64,000 nucleotides of DNA, taken from positions 38,132,001-38,196,000 of the forward strand of contig CM052818.1 of NCBI GenBank assembly GCA_028534125.1. The letters are read 5' to 3'. A program made the position numbers and the translations under genes. Below the pieces are notes generated by a model, which did not search any database, was not told the origin of the DNA, and worked only from the letters and a program-made list of their open reading frames with translations. How positions within the stretch are numbered: the first letter of the stretch is position 1; every line of letters begins with the position of its first letter. Positions 48,768 to 62,029 of this stretch are shown one piece after another. Source of the stretch: Lama glama (taxonomy: Eukaryota).

Positions 48768-49773
48768 GTAAGTATCACTTTATAAAAATTTTATTTCATA
48801 TTGAACAGTGTCTACTAGGTTGCAAGGTTAAATACATTCTTATGGTAAGGAATATTCAAAGAATATGAAAATCAGTGTCCTAGTGGAAAATTCAAATATG
48901 ATTATCAAAGGAGATATGGATGCTAAACAAGCAAAAATCTATGAAAATTTACTACATCAAGGAAGATTATAATTGTGGGTACTCAACTGATATTTACTGA
49001 ATATCTTTAGGATATATTTTGATTGATAAGCCTCTTGTCACTGAACAGAGTTTAATCATATCCCCTAGAAGGAGAGATTTACACCTCCATAGGGTAGAAT
49101 TTCTGAAGGCGTTGTCAAGATACTCGAGTTAATGTTTAACTGATTCAGGTTCTTGAATGCCCTGGGCTGAGACTGGCATAAGGAGATATTCCAAAACCAA
49201 AACCAGGTGACTCTGGCAAATGTGGAGACAGGTAGGAGTGGGGAGATTTATTGAATAAGCACCACCTGAGTTAACACCATCTCTCTCCCCAGGTTATACA
49301 CTCTCCTGCCTCTAGTAATCCACTGTTAGCATGAACCCAAGCCAGGCACTGCCCTCAGGTTTTACATGCTCCAACTATTTTCATAATAGAGGTCTATAAA
49401 ATAAAAAATAACTCAAAAGCAGCAAAATTTACTCTGATGGAAGAGGTAAGAAAGATGAGGGAAGAGACGGAGGTAGGGAGGAAGGAAGAAAGATGGAAAG
49501 AATGAAGTATTTGGTAAGTTTTTCCAGATCATACACACCTAGAATAAGAAAATGACTTTTGGAATAAATTAATATGACAACATTAAGGACATAGCTGGAA
49601 TTTTCACATTACATGAAGACCCACAAACACAGCCCAAATGAAAAAGCATAAAAGCCAACATTAGCCACAATAGCTTTGTAAAATGTAGTAAAAATGTAGC
49701 TATAGAGAAGAATAAACTCAATCACAGCATACATTTTAATTCTGGAGTCATTAGTAAATATTGGGTATCTTTG

Positions 49774-49775
<2 letters not shown>

Positions 49776-49816
<41 letters not shown>
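49776..49816. repeat. (TG)n microsatellite
   Basis: Directly visible. Confidence 0.95.
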
Positions 49817-49819
<3 letters not shown>

Positions 49820-50072
49820 GAGTGCCAAAAATAACTGAATCTCAAGCATACTGCAGAAGACGAGTTGCACCATGTAACTAGGTTATGAATGATCTCTCCT
49901 CGCTCACCCCCTCCTCTCAGCAGAGAATACAGTGATAGGAATCCTGGTACAATGAATTGCTTTGTGGATAAACTGGGGCAGAATTTCAGCCCACCTGAAT
50001 TCTTTAACCAACTTTATCTACATCACAATCCCTTTCATTCATACAATATTTAATGAATTTTACTTAATTTGA

Positions 50073-50225
50073 TCATATAAAGTCATAGACTATCAGACCT
50101 GGAAAGCATCCTAGAAAACACCCTATTAAGTCCATGTATTTTATAAATAAGAAAACTAAGGCCCCGAGCAGTTCAGTAAAATCGGTCAATATCAAAGCAA
50201 TTAACGTTAGAGCCAGAAGCAGCAT
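50073..50225 (-). mobile_element. MIR3/MIR fragment
   Basis: tcatagactatcagacctggaaagcatcctaga...attttataaataagaaaactaaggcccc. Confidence 0.7.
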
Positions 50226-50864
50226 TTGGGGTGACACAATGGCTAACGTGTGTCTGCTACTCCTTCTCTGCTGAAAAGGGTAGTGCAGGCGGCGATATTC
50301 ATGGGGTGATATGATTTCCTCGAGGGGAGGATGCTGAAATATGACTTGAGATTGGTCCAGTGGACAGTATGGTCCAGCAGCATCCGCAGCAACAATAATC
50401 GAAAGGAACAAATAGCCCACAAAGCAATTGTCAGGAAGAAAACTTTGAACAAGTTTTGATCAACGTATTGAATCTCACAACCACTGACCAGACAATTATG
50501 AGCGTATCTTTTGTTAGGACTGAACAACTATTAATCACTGATTCAGGAGTTTGTCCTCTAGTGAGGAGAGAAAGAAACCTGGTCCCTCACCAGGCACCAA
50601 AATGACTTTCTTTGCCTCTTAATTGCATTTGAGTTTTGAGGCTTGATAAAGAAAACGATAGTCCTCAAAAATGTTAAATTATAAATAAAGCCATGGAAGT
50701 TGCACTCCTCATTCAATTTACAGAAAATTGCATCCATATGATGTGTTTATTTTTCATCATGAAACATATACCAGAAAGCTACCTTGTCTGATTAATGATT
50801 TCAAGATTTATGATCTTAAAATCTTGAGTATCTGGTCTGATGTCCTAAGTAAGGCATATGTAGT

Positions 50865-51155
50865 AATCAGCAAAGGTACAAACTTTCAGTTAGGAGATAA
50901 ATGTAAGTCCTGGGATATACTGTAACGCGTAATGACTACAGTTAACAATACTGTACTGTATATGCAAAAGTTGCTAAGAGACCTTAAAAGTTCTCATCAG
51001 AAGAAAAGTAAATTTGTAACTATATGTGGTGATGTATGGTAACTAACTTTATCATTGTAATAATTTTGCAGTATATACACATATCAAATCATTGTGTTGT
51101 ACACATAAAACTAACATTACGTTACATGTCAATTAGATCTTAAGAAAAGCAAAAA
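50865..51155 (+). mobile_element. L1 (L1MA-type) 3' end
   Basis: aaaggtacaaactttcagtt...atatcaaatcattgtgttgtacac...atgtcaatta + A-rich tail; possible TSD aggcata (50852, 51157). Confidence 0.9.
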
Positions 51156-52454
51156 GAGGCATAACTCAATATTACTGAAACTCGTCTTTGCCCTTCCAGG
51201 GAGATGGGAGATACAAGTTAGAGCTAGAGAGAGAAACAGATATATACCAACACCAGGCAAGTTCCACAAATTTTATAAAAGTGACCCCACCAATGAAAAT
51301 GGCAGAGGGTAATCAGAAAGCTTACTATACAGCAGCCAGATTAATTTGTTAAGAAGGATTCATTGTTCTGTGGAAAAGGAAGCAGGCATCAAAAATTCAA
51401 AGAATTGTCACTGAAAGTATTCTTTTTCTTCCAATTTTTTCTTCTTTTCAAGTTGGAAACCCAATAGTATTAAATATTTAAGGATGACATTTCTCCTAGA
51501 CATTCAAGCAACCACATTTCATGAACACAATGAAAAAGAATAATTCTTAGAAATATAAATAGATGGTCATTTTTTTTTTGGTCTCTGTTGGTGGTGTTAA
51601 AATTATTCAAGACACAATAACTTTTCGCTGAATGTCTCTCTTCACATCTGGGAAGTCTTTCAAACGCTAAACGCACATCTAAACGCTCCCCTGGAGCAGC
51701 ATGGCACGCTTCCTCTGAAAAAGCCCGTCAGCATTATCCTATCTTCTTGCTTCAGTGAGGCCCTGTGAAAGAGACCTCAAAGAACTCACAAGGATACGGC
51801 CCTTTTTCATTGGTTGTTTATGGTTTCAAACTCTAGGCATAACCCAAACCCAGAGACGTATTTGCTTCAATTTTTGTTTGAGGACAGAGTCAAACATTCC
51901 AGTGGCCCTATTAGAAATCACGTGCCTTTTGTCCCTGAGTCTGCATGCTGTTTAAACTAACATGACATGCATGGACTCTCCACAGGTATCCACCCCTCCT
52001 TCAGAGTGTACTAGTTTCTACTATGTTGAAGTTCCAGTCTGGACATTTTGCAGGCAACATATAGATATAACGCATGACCTTGGCCCTCCTGTTGCTTAGA
52101 GCATAGCTCAACATTCAAGGTAAGTATATTTGAATGTATACTGTATATTGATATGTATATTGATATGGAAGAGCTCATCCTTCTAGTATCTACTGGGCAC
52201 TGTAAGAAATTAGTGTTATAAACATTCAAAATAAGGAAATCCAGATACAAAAAGGAGGTAGTGGGGGCAAGAAGACGAGGAGTTTTAAGCTGTATCATTA
52301 AAGTTAGAAATGCTGTCTCTCTCCTCTGGATACTTTATGAGACTTACTGAATGTGCCTGCTTATAGTACCTGGATTCTTTATGGCATTTACTGAATATAC
52401 CTGCTTATAGACTGTAAGCACCCAGATCTACATCTCCCTTCCCTTAACATACGT

Positions 52455-52455
52455 A

Positions 52456-52508
<53 letters not shown>
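52455..52508. repeat. (TG)/(TA)/(CA) compound microsatellite
   Basis: Directly visible. Confidence 0.9.
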
Positions 52509-52704
52509 CCTCAGGCTTATATTAAAGGTTTATATTGAAAATAATGTTAATCATGCTTATAAATCCTAAATCAAATAAATTATAAAGTCCCAGCATTCAG
52601 CTGTGTTTCATTGCTATTTCAGACCTTATCAGCCCCTGAACATTTGGACAACCCGATTTCGATAGGATTATGTGATTTTCACATACTGAGCTCTAAACAA
52701 ATAC

Positions 52705-52970
52705 TGTTCACTACAACAAATATTTATTATTGAGCTCCTACATATGTGAGATACAACAATATATAAAACATTTCCCCTTACTAAGAGACCTTACTCAAGG
52801 AGAAAACGGAGAACTCCACTGTGGTGCCCTACGATAGAAGTACGAAGGCAGTGTTAGGAGAGCACAGAGGAGGGTCACTAAGTCCATGTCACGAGAGGAA
52901 TAAAGCTGGATGGATAAGACAGCAGGAAGGATGGGGGACCTCTGAGGGAAAGAACAGCATTAGCAAAGCC
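52705..52970 (-). mobile_element. L2 fragment
   Basis: caacaaatatttattattgagctccta...ggagagcacagaggaggg...gagggaaagaacagcattagcaaag. Confidence 0.75.
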
Positions 52971-53709
52971 ACCGTGTTCCCTAAACGAATAAGTAAACTA
53001 ATGTGTGAGTGATGCATGAATGAATGAACAGAACTCTGAAGGGGAAGGATAATCCATACGGGGAACATACCATGAGAACAGATATTACAGAGACAAATTC
53101 AATGAGGGCAGAAGCCTTGGCTTGAGAAGCTTTGGGAGAAAATGCAGAGGACTTTATTGAGGCAAACGGGGTAGAGTTCTGACTCTCTGACTAGAAGCCT
53201 GTTTCTGAAATAGGGCTGATTCTTCCTTCTTATTCTTAACCTATCTGGCCACTGTAGTTTCAGGGCTGGGGAGTCCGGGACTGACCAAGCCCTACTCTGT
53301 CAAGGCCAGGTCCATTAACCTACAGGGTGTTTAGAGCTGTGGCTAAACAATGAGAAAATATATAATGGTCCTCGACCACAGCAATGTCATCAGCATAGGT
53401 TTGAACGCAAACAAATGCACACACATGGGTACCTTTCTTTCCCACACACACACATATTTGCTTGTCTTAGGGCGGCTGTGGACTAAGGGAGTGAACTTCA
53501 GAGCAGAGGGTACTCATGCCAGAAGATCTAGAGAATTTGGCCTCTTTTCCTCACATTTTCTATGAGGCCAAGAGTGTAGAGACTTAGATCAGGGACATCC
53601 AAGTGGACCCTAAATCCCATCTAGCTAGGGTATCATAATAATTACACCTCTAGGGATAATGTGGGTAGCAGTTTGCCATGGAAACTACAATGCAGTTGAT
53701 TGTACATCA

Positions 53710-53890
53710 CTGCACAGTGGCCAGAGTAGAGAATTCAGAGTCTGACTACGAGGGTTTGGATCCTCATTCAGCCTCTTATCAGCTAGGATTTTGGAGCATG
53801 TTGCCTAACCAATTTGAGCTACTCTTTACTCATCTGATGAAGGTCACCAATTGCCTCTTGAATGATGAATTCAAGACTCTGTGCTCTCTC
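53710..53890 (+). mobile_element. MIR/MIR3 SINE
   Basis: cagagtctgactacgagggtttggatcct...gttgcctaacc...ttactcatctg. Confidence 0.6.
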
Positions 53891-53904
53891 CCAGTGGTTG
53901 TTCC

Positions 53905-54240
53905 CTGAATGCTTCCTCTCCCCTCTCTAGCTTCTCTTGAATCACACTGGGCTTGTTGCCTGGTTTTCTCCCCCCACCACTCTTTCTTTCCCTTGCTCTA
54001 TTTTTTTCTGTCCACTCTTTATGTGTTTGTATAACCTGGGGCTGTAACCTTCCTATCTCTTCCGTCTCCCTGGGGGACTTCATTGTCTTTGATGACTCTA
54101 CTCCACTTATGAGAAAGTGTTTCCGACACCTTTTGCCTCTGTATACTCCAGACTCGTATATCTGACTGCCTACAGGACATCATCATAATCATAACTGACA
54201 TAAAGCAGAGCAGAGCTGATCTTTAGTTCCACTCTTCTTC
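53905..54240 (+). mobile_element. L2 fragment
   Basis: ctccctgggggacttcatt...ctccagactcgtatatctgactgcctacaggacatc. Confidence 0.7.
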
Positions 54241-54249
54241 TAGGTGTCA

Positions 54250-55436
54250 TCGGAGCAAGTAAGCAATTAGGAGCAAAAGCTAGTTCAGTGATGCTGGGTT
54301 CACATGTCACATCTGGTAAATACAGCGGATTGAAAGAAAAGGAATCATGAAACAAACAAACAAACAAACAAAAAATCCAACAGAGGAGATAAGAAAATCC
54401 AAGCATAATAACTGTGATGGAGGAAGCACTTCAGAGTATGTTTAAATCCATGAAACCCCACCATATTTAAAAGTTGCCTGGTCATCTCTGAAAAATGCAC
54501 CGGAACCTAGTAAAAACTGGCAAATTAAGGAAAGAACCATATATTTCACCTATTTTTTCCCAAAAGGAATTTACCTCAAAGTAAACAAGTGCTTAATGAA
54601 GTAAACTTTCTATCTCTCTAGGAAATATTCTAGTTATTGAATAAAGAAAGATGAAAGACTTAGAACATCACTAAATCACATATATGGTACCATAACAAAA
54701 CAACGGGTTAACGTGTTGATTATCAATGGTTGCTAACATCACAAAAATAAAGAGAAGTAGGTATGGTAAAACCCCTAATGAAAACAAACAATTCTACTTC
54801 TGAAGTACTCTTGCTTAAAGATCAGAATTTGAATCTGGTCAACTCTCTAATTTCAATTCATAGGTAATAAAAAGAACAGAGGAAATGCAAGCAACAATTT
54901 CTGTGGTAAATATGACAGGAAAATATAATCTGGTTTCTTCAACAAATGAATAGCAAAGGGAGAAAAAGATATCAAACGGAAATTTTAAAATGGATCTAAG
55001 GGTTATATCAACCAAAGTCAACGTATGTTCTTTATTTAGAATCTGATCACATAAACTAAAAATGATAGAAGCTAGCTAGCTAGATGATGATGCTGGTGAT
55101 GATGACAGAGCAAGATTTGAGAAAATTTCAGTACGTGCTATCTGGAAATTTCCTAATATTAAGAAATTATTAGTAATTTTATATGCATGAAAATTGTATT
55201 GAGGTTTTTAAAAAGTATTTATTGTCTTTTACAAAGTCATACTCAAGTATTTACAAATGAAATGATGCGATGTCTGAGATTTATTTCAAAAGAATCAGGG
55301 ATGAGGGGGGAATGAATGAGGCACAGATGAATGGTTAACTGTTGACACTAGCAATGGATATACAGAGTTTTATTAAACTATTCTCCCTGCTTTTTTGTAT
55401 ATGTTTGCAATTTTCCGTAATGAGATTTTTAAAAAG
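54250..55436 (+). mobile_element. L1MC/L1ME-type 3' UTR
   Basis: aaaactggcaaattaaggaaagaa...ttgattatcaatggttgctaacatcacaaaa...ctggtttcttcaacaaat...gatgtctgagatttatttcaaaa...tgtatatgtttgcaattttccgtaat. Confidence 0.85.
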
Positions 55437-55689
55437 TATTTGGAATAGTTCGATTGAGTAAAGGTTCAGACGCATCTGGAGGCTTGTTATAAAATCACTC
55501 TTAGGTTAGGAATCAGTTCTAGGGTGTGAGCATCTCTGACATTAACGATGGCTACAGGTTAAGTGGGGAACATAGGTACAGAGTATTATATGGGTCTTAT
55601 GGTGCACTATGAGCCATTAAAGAGAAAGGAGAAATACTGCCAAAGAGTAACTGAGAAGTCTCCGATCCCCTCAAGTCAATTACACTTTA

Positions 55690-55830
55690 TTAAACATTCT
55701 TGCCTCATTAGAATCACCTCAGGTACTGATTAAAAATACAAATTCTAGAATCCAATCAAGATCCAATGGGGAAGGAGCTGGAAAGCTATAGGTGTAACTA
55801 GCTCTCCAAGTGTTCACCATCGCAATGTAG
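55690..55830. mobile_element. MER5-type DNA transposon
   Basis: cattagaatcacctcagg...ttaaaaatacaaattct...agctctccaagtg. Confidence 0.6.
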
Positions 55831-57079
55831 GAATCAAAGTGGTTAATTTCAAGGTCCAATACGATATTCAATTGGTAATGACTTGTAAGCAGTTGGAAGT
55901 TGGAGGCAGTTGGACTAACATTTGATGAACAAAGAGGAATACAGGTTTGGGAATCATTTTCATAGATTTTCAAAAATAATTCAGTAAAGGCACTCTCCAA
56001 AGGCGGTGGGGTGTGGTGTGTGTGTGTGGTGGGGGTGGGATGCGTGTAATGACAGAACCTCCAGTAGTTAAAGGCACTCCTGACAATTTTGGGTGCCAAT
56101 CACTCATCTCTTGCCCATCACATCCCACCTGAGAACACAGACAAGCAGGTCTAAAGCATCAGTTGTTTTGATGGCTATGAATGAAAGAATGCAATTTGGA
56201 CCTGATGTCCAAATGGAGGTTCCTACTCTTTCTCTAGTGGGATTGAAGTTAATACACTTCAGGTAAAGAACACCTGATAATTGTGCCTGCTCATCTGACC
56301 CTTCAAGAAGTTGCCTGGCCTAATGCTTTTACCATTGAGGAGGTATGGGTTAAAGCACTGGCCCTTCTAATTGATCAGGGAGTTAGGTATCCAGAGACAG
56401 AAACAGAGAATCAGTCCTGTTTCTATAGTTTTTCTGGCATCATGTGCCCACTTGATGACAGAATGGCACTATGAATGTCAGGTTCTGCTCTAGGAAAGAA
56501 TTAGTAAGTTATAGAAAGAGAACACAAATGTGCCTTCCAACACACATCACTCTACCCACAGGTCATGGCAGGATTGAAAAAGTAACATTATTTGCTACTG
56601 GAACTATTTGCATACGTCTCTCTATCCTTCATCGATGTTTATTCAGTTTCTATAAAATGACATTAACAAATTCTTAGCATAATAAAGAACAGAAATGAAT
56701 TTTTCAGGTTTATTCTGGTTACTTTCTAAGAGTAAGGAAAGCTACACAAAGGTGATAATTTTATTGAAAAAGAGCATCCATTAACGCTTTTGTTTTCCAT
56801 TTCTTGCTGATTGAGATAATATATGTTATGTGCTCCAAGATGGCCTGACAAATAAGCTGCTGATAAACAGCTTTGTTTGTTGTTGTTGTTGTTGAATCAA
56901 ACTTGTTAAGGGATACAGCATTTGTGATAGAGTGTTATAGGTAAATTCATTTACTTCATTAAACCTATGAATTATAATATTTATTATGATTTAAAATGCT
57001 AAATCTGCCCTGCAGACTCCAAAAAATATACAGACATAGGTACGGGTCCTACATGGTTTTCAACATACTTTGTTTTACT

Positions 57080-57310
57080 AGTAAACAGTACAAAGTGCCA
57101 AGGTTTGAAATTTAATAAAGAGTTTAAATCTGAGCCCCACCATTTACAACCTGTGTTGCCTTAAGCTGGTTTCTTGACTCTCTGATTCTGTAAGATAATA
57201 GTTCCCTTGGCTGTGAATGAGGGATGATCATATTACATCTTTCAAAGCATTGTTGGAAGAGTAAATGGAATCACATTAGTAAAGTGTGATTAAAATACAA
57301 AGCTCATATA
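57080..57310 (+). mobile_element. MIR SINE
   Basis: gagtttaaatctgagc...catttacaacctgtgttgccttaagc...ttgttggaagagtaaatgg. Confidence 0.65.
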
Positions 57311-57479
57311 GTGTTTTAGCATTTTGAAATGCTCATATAGTATTTTTAGCACTTTACAGTGCTCTTAAATATATTGTATTTTCATTTTATACATTTTTAA
57401 ATATCATGACTAAAGTAGGACAGAAAATTTTATTTACATTTTCCAACCATGAAGACCAATATTCAGTAAGTCACTTACT

Positions 57480-58060
57480 TGTGTTAGTTTTCCATTGCTG
57501 TGTAATTATTTTGCCACACAGTGGCTTAAAACAACTCACATTTGTTTTTTTGCAGCTTTTATGGGTCATGTGTCTGAACATAGTTTAATCTGTGTCCCTT
57601 GCTGGGGGTATCACCTGGCTGCAATAAAGCTGTCATCCAAGATGGCAGCCTCATGTGAGGTTCAACTGGGATAGAACCTACTTTCAAGTCCATTCAAGTG
57701 TTGGAAGAATTCAGTTCCTGGTGGTTGTGGGATTGAGGATTTCAGTTTCCTACTGGCTGTTGGTTAGAGGCCTCCCTCAGCTCTCATAGGCCAATCACAG
57801 TTCCTCACCATGTGTAGTTCCTCCGTAAGGCCGCTTGCTTCCTCAAGGTCAGCAAGGGAGAGAAAGACACTCCATTAGGACGAGCACGGCAATGTTATGC
57901 AGTGTAATTATGTAACCTCTTACATCTCATCACTTTGCTGAATTTTATTGATTAAAAGCAAGTCATGGACATGTCTACATTCTAGAGAAAAAGATCACAC
58001 AGGATTGTGGACGTTAGGAGGTAGAGATTATAGGGCCACCTTAACAGCCTGTCTGCCACA
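57480..58060 (-). mobile_element. MLT1D/E-type solo LTR inserted in an antisense MIR (57340-57479, 58061-58140)
   Basis: tgtgttagttttccattgctg...agtggcttaaaacaac...agaattcagttcct...gggccaccttaacagcctgtctgccaca. Confidence 0.9.
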
Positions 58061-58144
58061 TTTACCCAAAGGCATATTTAAGGGGCACAACGAGAATTAT
58101 AAGCCAGTACTTCCAGTTCACATTTTATGGTTTTTCCATTTATA

Positions 58145-58450
58145 CATTCAATAAATTTTCAGGAAATGTTTAATGAGTATCTACTTTGCACAAAGCATTA
58201 TTCCATGTAAATGTAAATGTATTGTAAGGGCTGCTGTAGTGAAAATTTATCCTCAAAGAACAGAGAATATAGGATGTGCCAAAATAATTATTCCACAATG
58301 ATAAGAATGTGGAGAAAAGGAAAAATGAGTTACGACTGACATACTTAGGAAGGCAAAAACTAGAAAAGTAGTTACACTGAATGAAGAAAAATATTTGGTT
58401 TGTAGAAATAGAGAAGGTGCTGGGAAGAAGTATAACTTTCAGTAAAAAAG
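58145..58450 (-). mobile_element. L2 fragment
   Basis: aaatgtttaatgagtatctactttgcacaaagcatt...tcctcaaagaac. Confidence 0.6.
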
Positions 58451-59579
58451 TAAAAAGTTTCAACTTTGTTTAATAAGCAACACATAATAATTTTTTTTTC
58501 TTTTCAGTATTTGTTTTTGAAGAAAAGTCATATGTTCTATGCGAGGCTCTAGTTATTCTGAAAATAATGCTGCTGAAAATATACTGGAACCAAATCACAG
58601 TTAACTTGGCCACAATTGTCACTTCCTGTTCAAAGACATTTTCTAAATATGAAAAGAGAACTTGGTAAATGTTGGTTGTTTTAGTACTCTGTGACGCGCC
58701 ACATAAAAAACTCCATGATAAACACTGGCAATGATACAACAGTTATTTCCCCTTCATGTCTAAGAGCAAGAACATCTTAAGCTGTTATATGTTAAGCCTT
58801 ATCAGTGGAGGTATAAAATTGAAAGGTTTTAAGCTGGGGAAAGAACAATGATTTAAGGGTTTGGATGAATTGCACAGGCCTGTAAAATGGTATTAAATCA
58901 GTTCTGAAAAGATTTGAAGAGGACACAACACCCTGAAAGTGTGTTACACTTTGGTATCATTAACCAATGACTGGACAACAGAGAAGAGGAAAAATGTGAG
59001 ATGGAATATCAGAATCACACAAGACACTTAAAGTCTTAAGAGGCAGGTGAACCATGATAGTTGACAATGGAGCTGTTGCTCCTCGTCATACTGATACTGA
59101 TCACGGTAAGAAAGTGTGCTTTCAAAGCAGAACTCCCAGAGCCAGGGACTGACAGAAGAACTCAGAAACAACATTTTGTTTCTGTGTCTTGATCAACTCA
59201 AGAATAGTGCGGCCATGTATAACTGAGACCACGTGGGAAATCAGACTGCAAGTCTGAATGCTAGACTATCAGTAAGGGAGAAGGCAAGGACGGTATTTGA
59301 CAAAATGAATTAAACAATTTTTATTTTAACCTCTATGTCCAATGTCCTCATGCGGCCCCATCGACAGTGTTACTGACATTCAATATGGCTGCTTCCAACA
59401 CTTGCATAATACATTTTTCTGTCAGGAAACATTTTAGCCAAAGATGATGACTAGTCTGTTTTAAACCTTTTCCTTCTATCCCCGCTAAAGATGACTGGTG
59501 AATATGGGCACAATGACAAGGGCTGATTTTCCCTGATGATCTGGTATTGATGCTTCTTCTGTTCCAAATACTTTCCATG

Positions 59580-59757
59580 TTTCATTACTTAAACTTATGA
59601 GAATCCTGTGAGTTTATGTGAATTTATTTTCTGAGAGGAAACTGAGATCTAGAGAGGTTAAACAACTTCTGTAAGCTCACAGAGCAAATAAGGATGGAGC
59701 CAGAATTGAGACTCAGCCATGGGGCCTAAGGGCCCACACTCCTCTCCACCACATTCC
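59580..59757 (-). mobile_element. MIR SINE
   Basis: gaggaaactgagatctagagaggttaaacaactt...gctcacagagcaaataaggatggagccagaattga. Confidence 0.85.
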
Positions 59758-60646
59758 AAGGACAGCTGCCAACAACGCCACTAAAAACCCTTACTTGTTA
59801 GCAGCTGGAGAACAAGGGGCCACATGTTAAGATTCCCAATAGATTAGAGGCCAGCATTATTTTTGAGTCATTGAGTTTCAGGTCCAGAAACTCTACATTT
59901 GACTTATTAAAATATCCGAGCCACCCAGTTCAAAGACTGCAGCTGTCTGTGTTACCTGAGCGCCTCTGCATTTCTATTCTTGGCTGATTCTCAAAGCTAG
60001 ATGTCCGGGGAGCAAAAACTGCAGAAGTTGGGAAAAGGATGCCATCACCCTGCCCTGCTGACATCTGAGGTTTTTGACTTAAAAGCAGTAATAGATGCAC
60101 ATTTTAAAGGAGGGAGTTGATATTATTGGTTTTGTTTTTAGAACGCCATATGAGGAACGCAAACCAACACGTCATGTGGTTGAGAGGAGAACCGTCAAAT
60201 GCTAATTAGTCCAAAAATGGGTGCCTAGCATCCCAGGGTGACTCCTTATGTCCTGACCTTTTCCCACTAATAGAGACTTACATGATCATCAATCAGTCAG
60301 AGGCTCATTTCCCATAGATTCCCATAAGTACCTGGAGCTAAAATGACACTTTAGTTAACTACAGAGCACCTAAAATGTTGCTCCTTTGAGTAGACATCTA
60401 CTTTATAAGAGCTGATGCCTACCTCTGGGATGGCTAGATCACACGAAGGGAAGTCAAAACCAGGCCAGATATGAGCCAGAGCAGGTATCCGTAAGTCAAA
60501 GCAGTTGCAGCCAGGTAAGAATGTGGTCAAGTTAAGAGAATGCATAGAGTTCCTGAGGTGAAAAGGATGCTGGTTAGAAGAGGCAGCAGGTGCTGGGGGC
60601 ACTCTAGTTCAGGTAAGCAAATCTCAAGGTATAGAGATGTTATAGA

Positions 60647-60811
60647 CTAAAGCTTCTCAAAATTTGATGTGCATAAGAATTATCTGGAGATTTTGTTGAG
60701 ATGCAGATTTGGTTCAGTAGGCTCGGAGTGGGGCCTGGGATTCTGCATTCCTAATAACTTCCCAGAGATGCCCATGCTTCTGGTCTCTAGATCACGCTTT
60801 GAGCAACAAAG
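60647..60811. mobile_element. MER5A (hAT-Charlie)
   Basis: ttctcaaaatttgatgtgcataagaattatctggag...atgcagatttggttcagtagg...ggggcctgggattctgcattcctaa...actttgag-like end. Confidence 0.9.
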
Positions 60812-61227
60812 CTGCAGCACAAACAGGAAGGTGGGTCTTTGTGGCACTGGGCAGGAGAAAATGGAAGGCATGCTAATTTCCTAGCAGTAATAAAAAGGGC
60901 AAATCCCCAGCTAACTTTTGAAGGGAACACAATCATAGGATATTATCCTCAAAACCGAAGTGTATATTCAGCTGGTTGTATCCACCCAATTGCTGGTTAT
61001 TAAAGAGCTTTTATGCTGGACCCAGTCCTTGTGCAGCAGAGTCAACCCTCCACCCTCTGTAGAGGATATGTGGAGAATGGCATGAACAGGGGTTCCAGCG
61101 CTACAGGACACGCATTCAAGTGGAGTTTCCATTACCTACTTGCCATTTTGCCTTGGTCAAAGTTTCCTTTCCTATGAATCACTCTTTTTTCAGTTGTAAA
61201 TCTGGTAAAATACTACCTCTTCTGCCA

Positions 61228-61640
61228 TATTAATCAAAGAAGGCTAATCACTTTAAGAAACAAGTCCTAAGATTTAATGGCTTAACATAGTAAAATTTCA
61301 TTTCTTATCTGCATAACAGTTCAATAACGGTGTCTGGTAGGTGGCTTTTGACACTGCAATTTAGGAGTTCAGATCCTTCAACCTAGTGACTCCTTTCTTC
61401 TCTATATGCTCAGAGTTATTTCATTTCAGCCCGAGGACAGGGAAAGCATATGGAGAAGCATGCAGGGGAAGGTTATTAGCCGTTATGAAGTGGCACATGT
61501 AAATTCTACATGGGTTTTACTGACTAGAACTTCGTCACTTGGCCCCATTTCACTTCTGGGGAGACTGAAAAATGTAGTCTATCTTTGTGGTCAGGAAAAA
61601 GAGGAGGTAAGTTTGGTGAATGTCTATCCATCCTATGCTT
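61228..61640 (-). mobile_element. MLT1 (J/K/L-like) LTR within a MIR (MIR parts ~61070-61225 and ~61795-61880)
   Basis: aatggcttaacatag...gaagtggcacatg...actagaacttcgtcacttggcccc...aaatgtagtct. Confidence 0.8.
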
Positions 61641-62029
61641 TCTCAACCAGAGAATTAATGCCCTGTGACACCCACGATGTGTCATGAATTAACTTCTATG
61701 TATGCAGAATGGAGCTTTCTATGTACTCTCCTTGGAAAAGTTGAGAAAAGTATCATTCAGATGATTTTCTGCAGTGCTTGGCCAATCTTTGCTATACCTG
61801 CGTACCACTGAAGGTGGCTAGAAGATCAAATGAGAAAATATATGTAAATACTCTTAAGCTGCTATAGGAATGAAAGCTGCTACAGAAGAGGAAAATAAAC
61901 GAATTCAGACTAGGAGCAGGGGAATTAGAAGTAACAGTGGTAGGAGAGGCACCAGGCACCATGCAACAGAGTTTCCGTCTTCAACATTTCTTTTGTAATG
62001 CTTTAAACTTCCTGATCTACCCGATGACC

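Noticed and set aside
21477..52410. Repeat-spacer-repeat pairs (21477/21776, 20802/20829, 52344/52388) as CRISPR-like arrays
   Set aside because: Only two copies each, mutually unrelated, in eukaryotic context with no cas genes.
58780..59030. Possible additional CR1-like 3' tail
   Set aside because: Similarity is too weak to call by eye.
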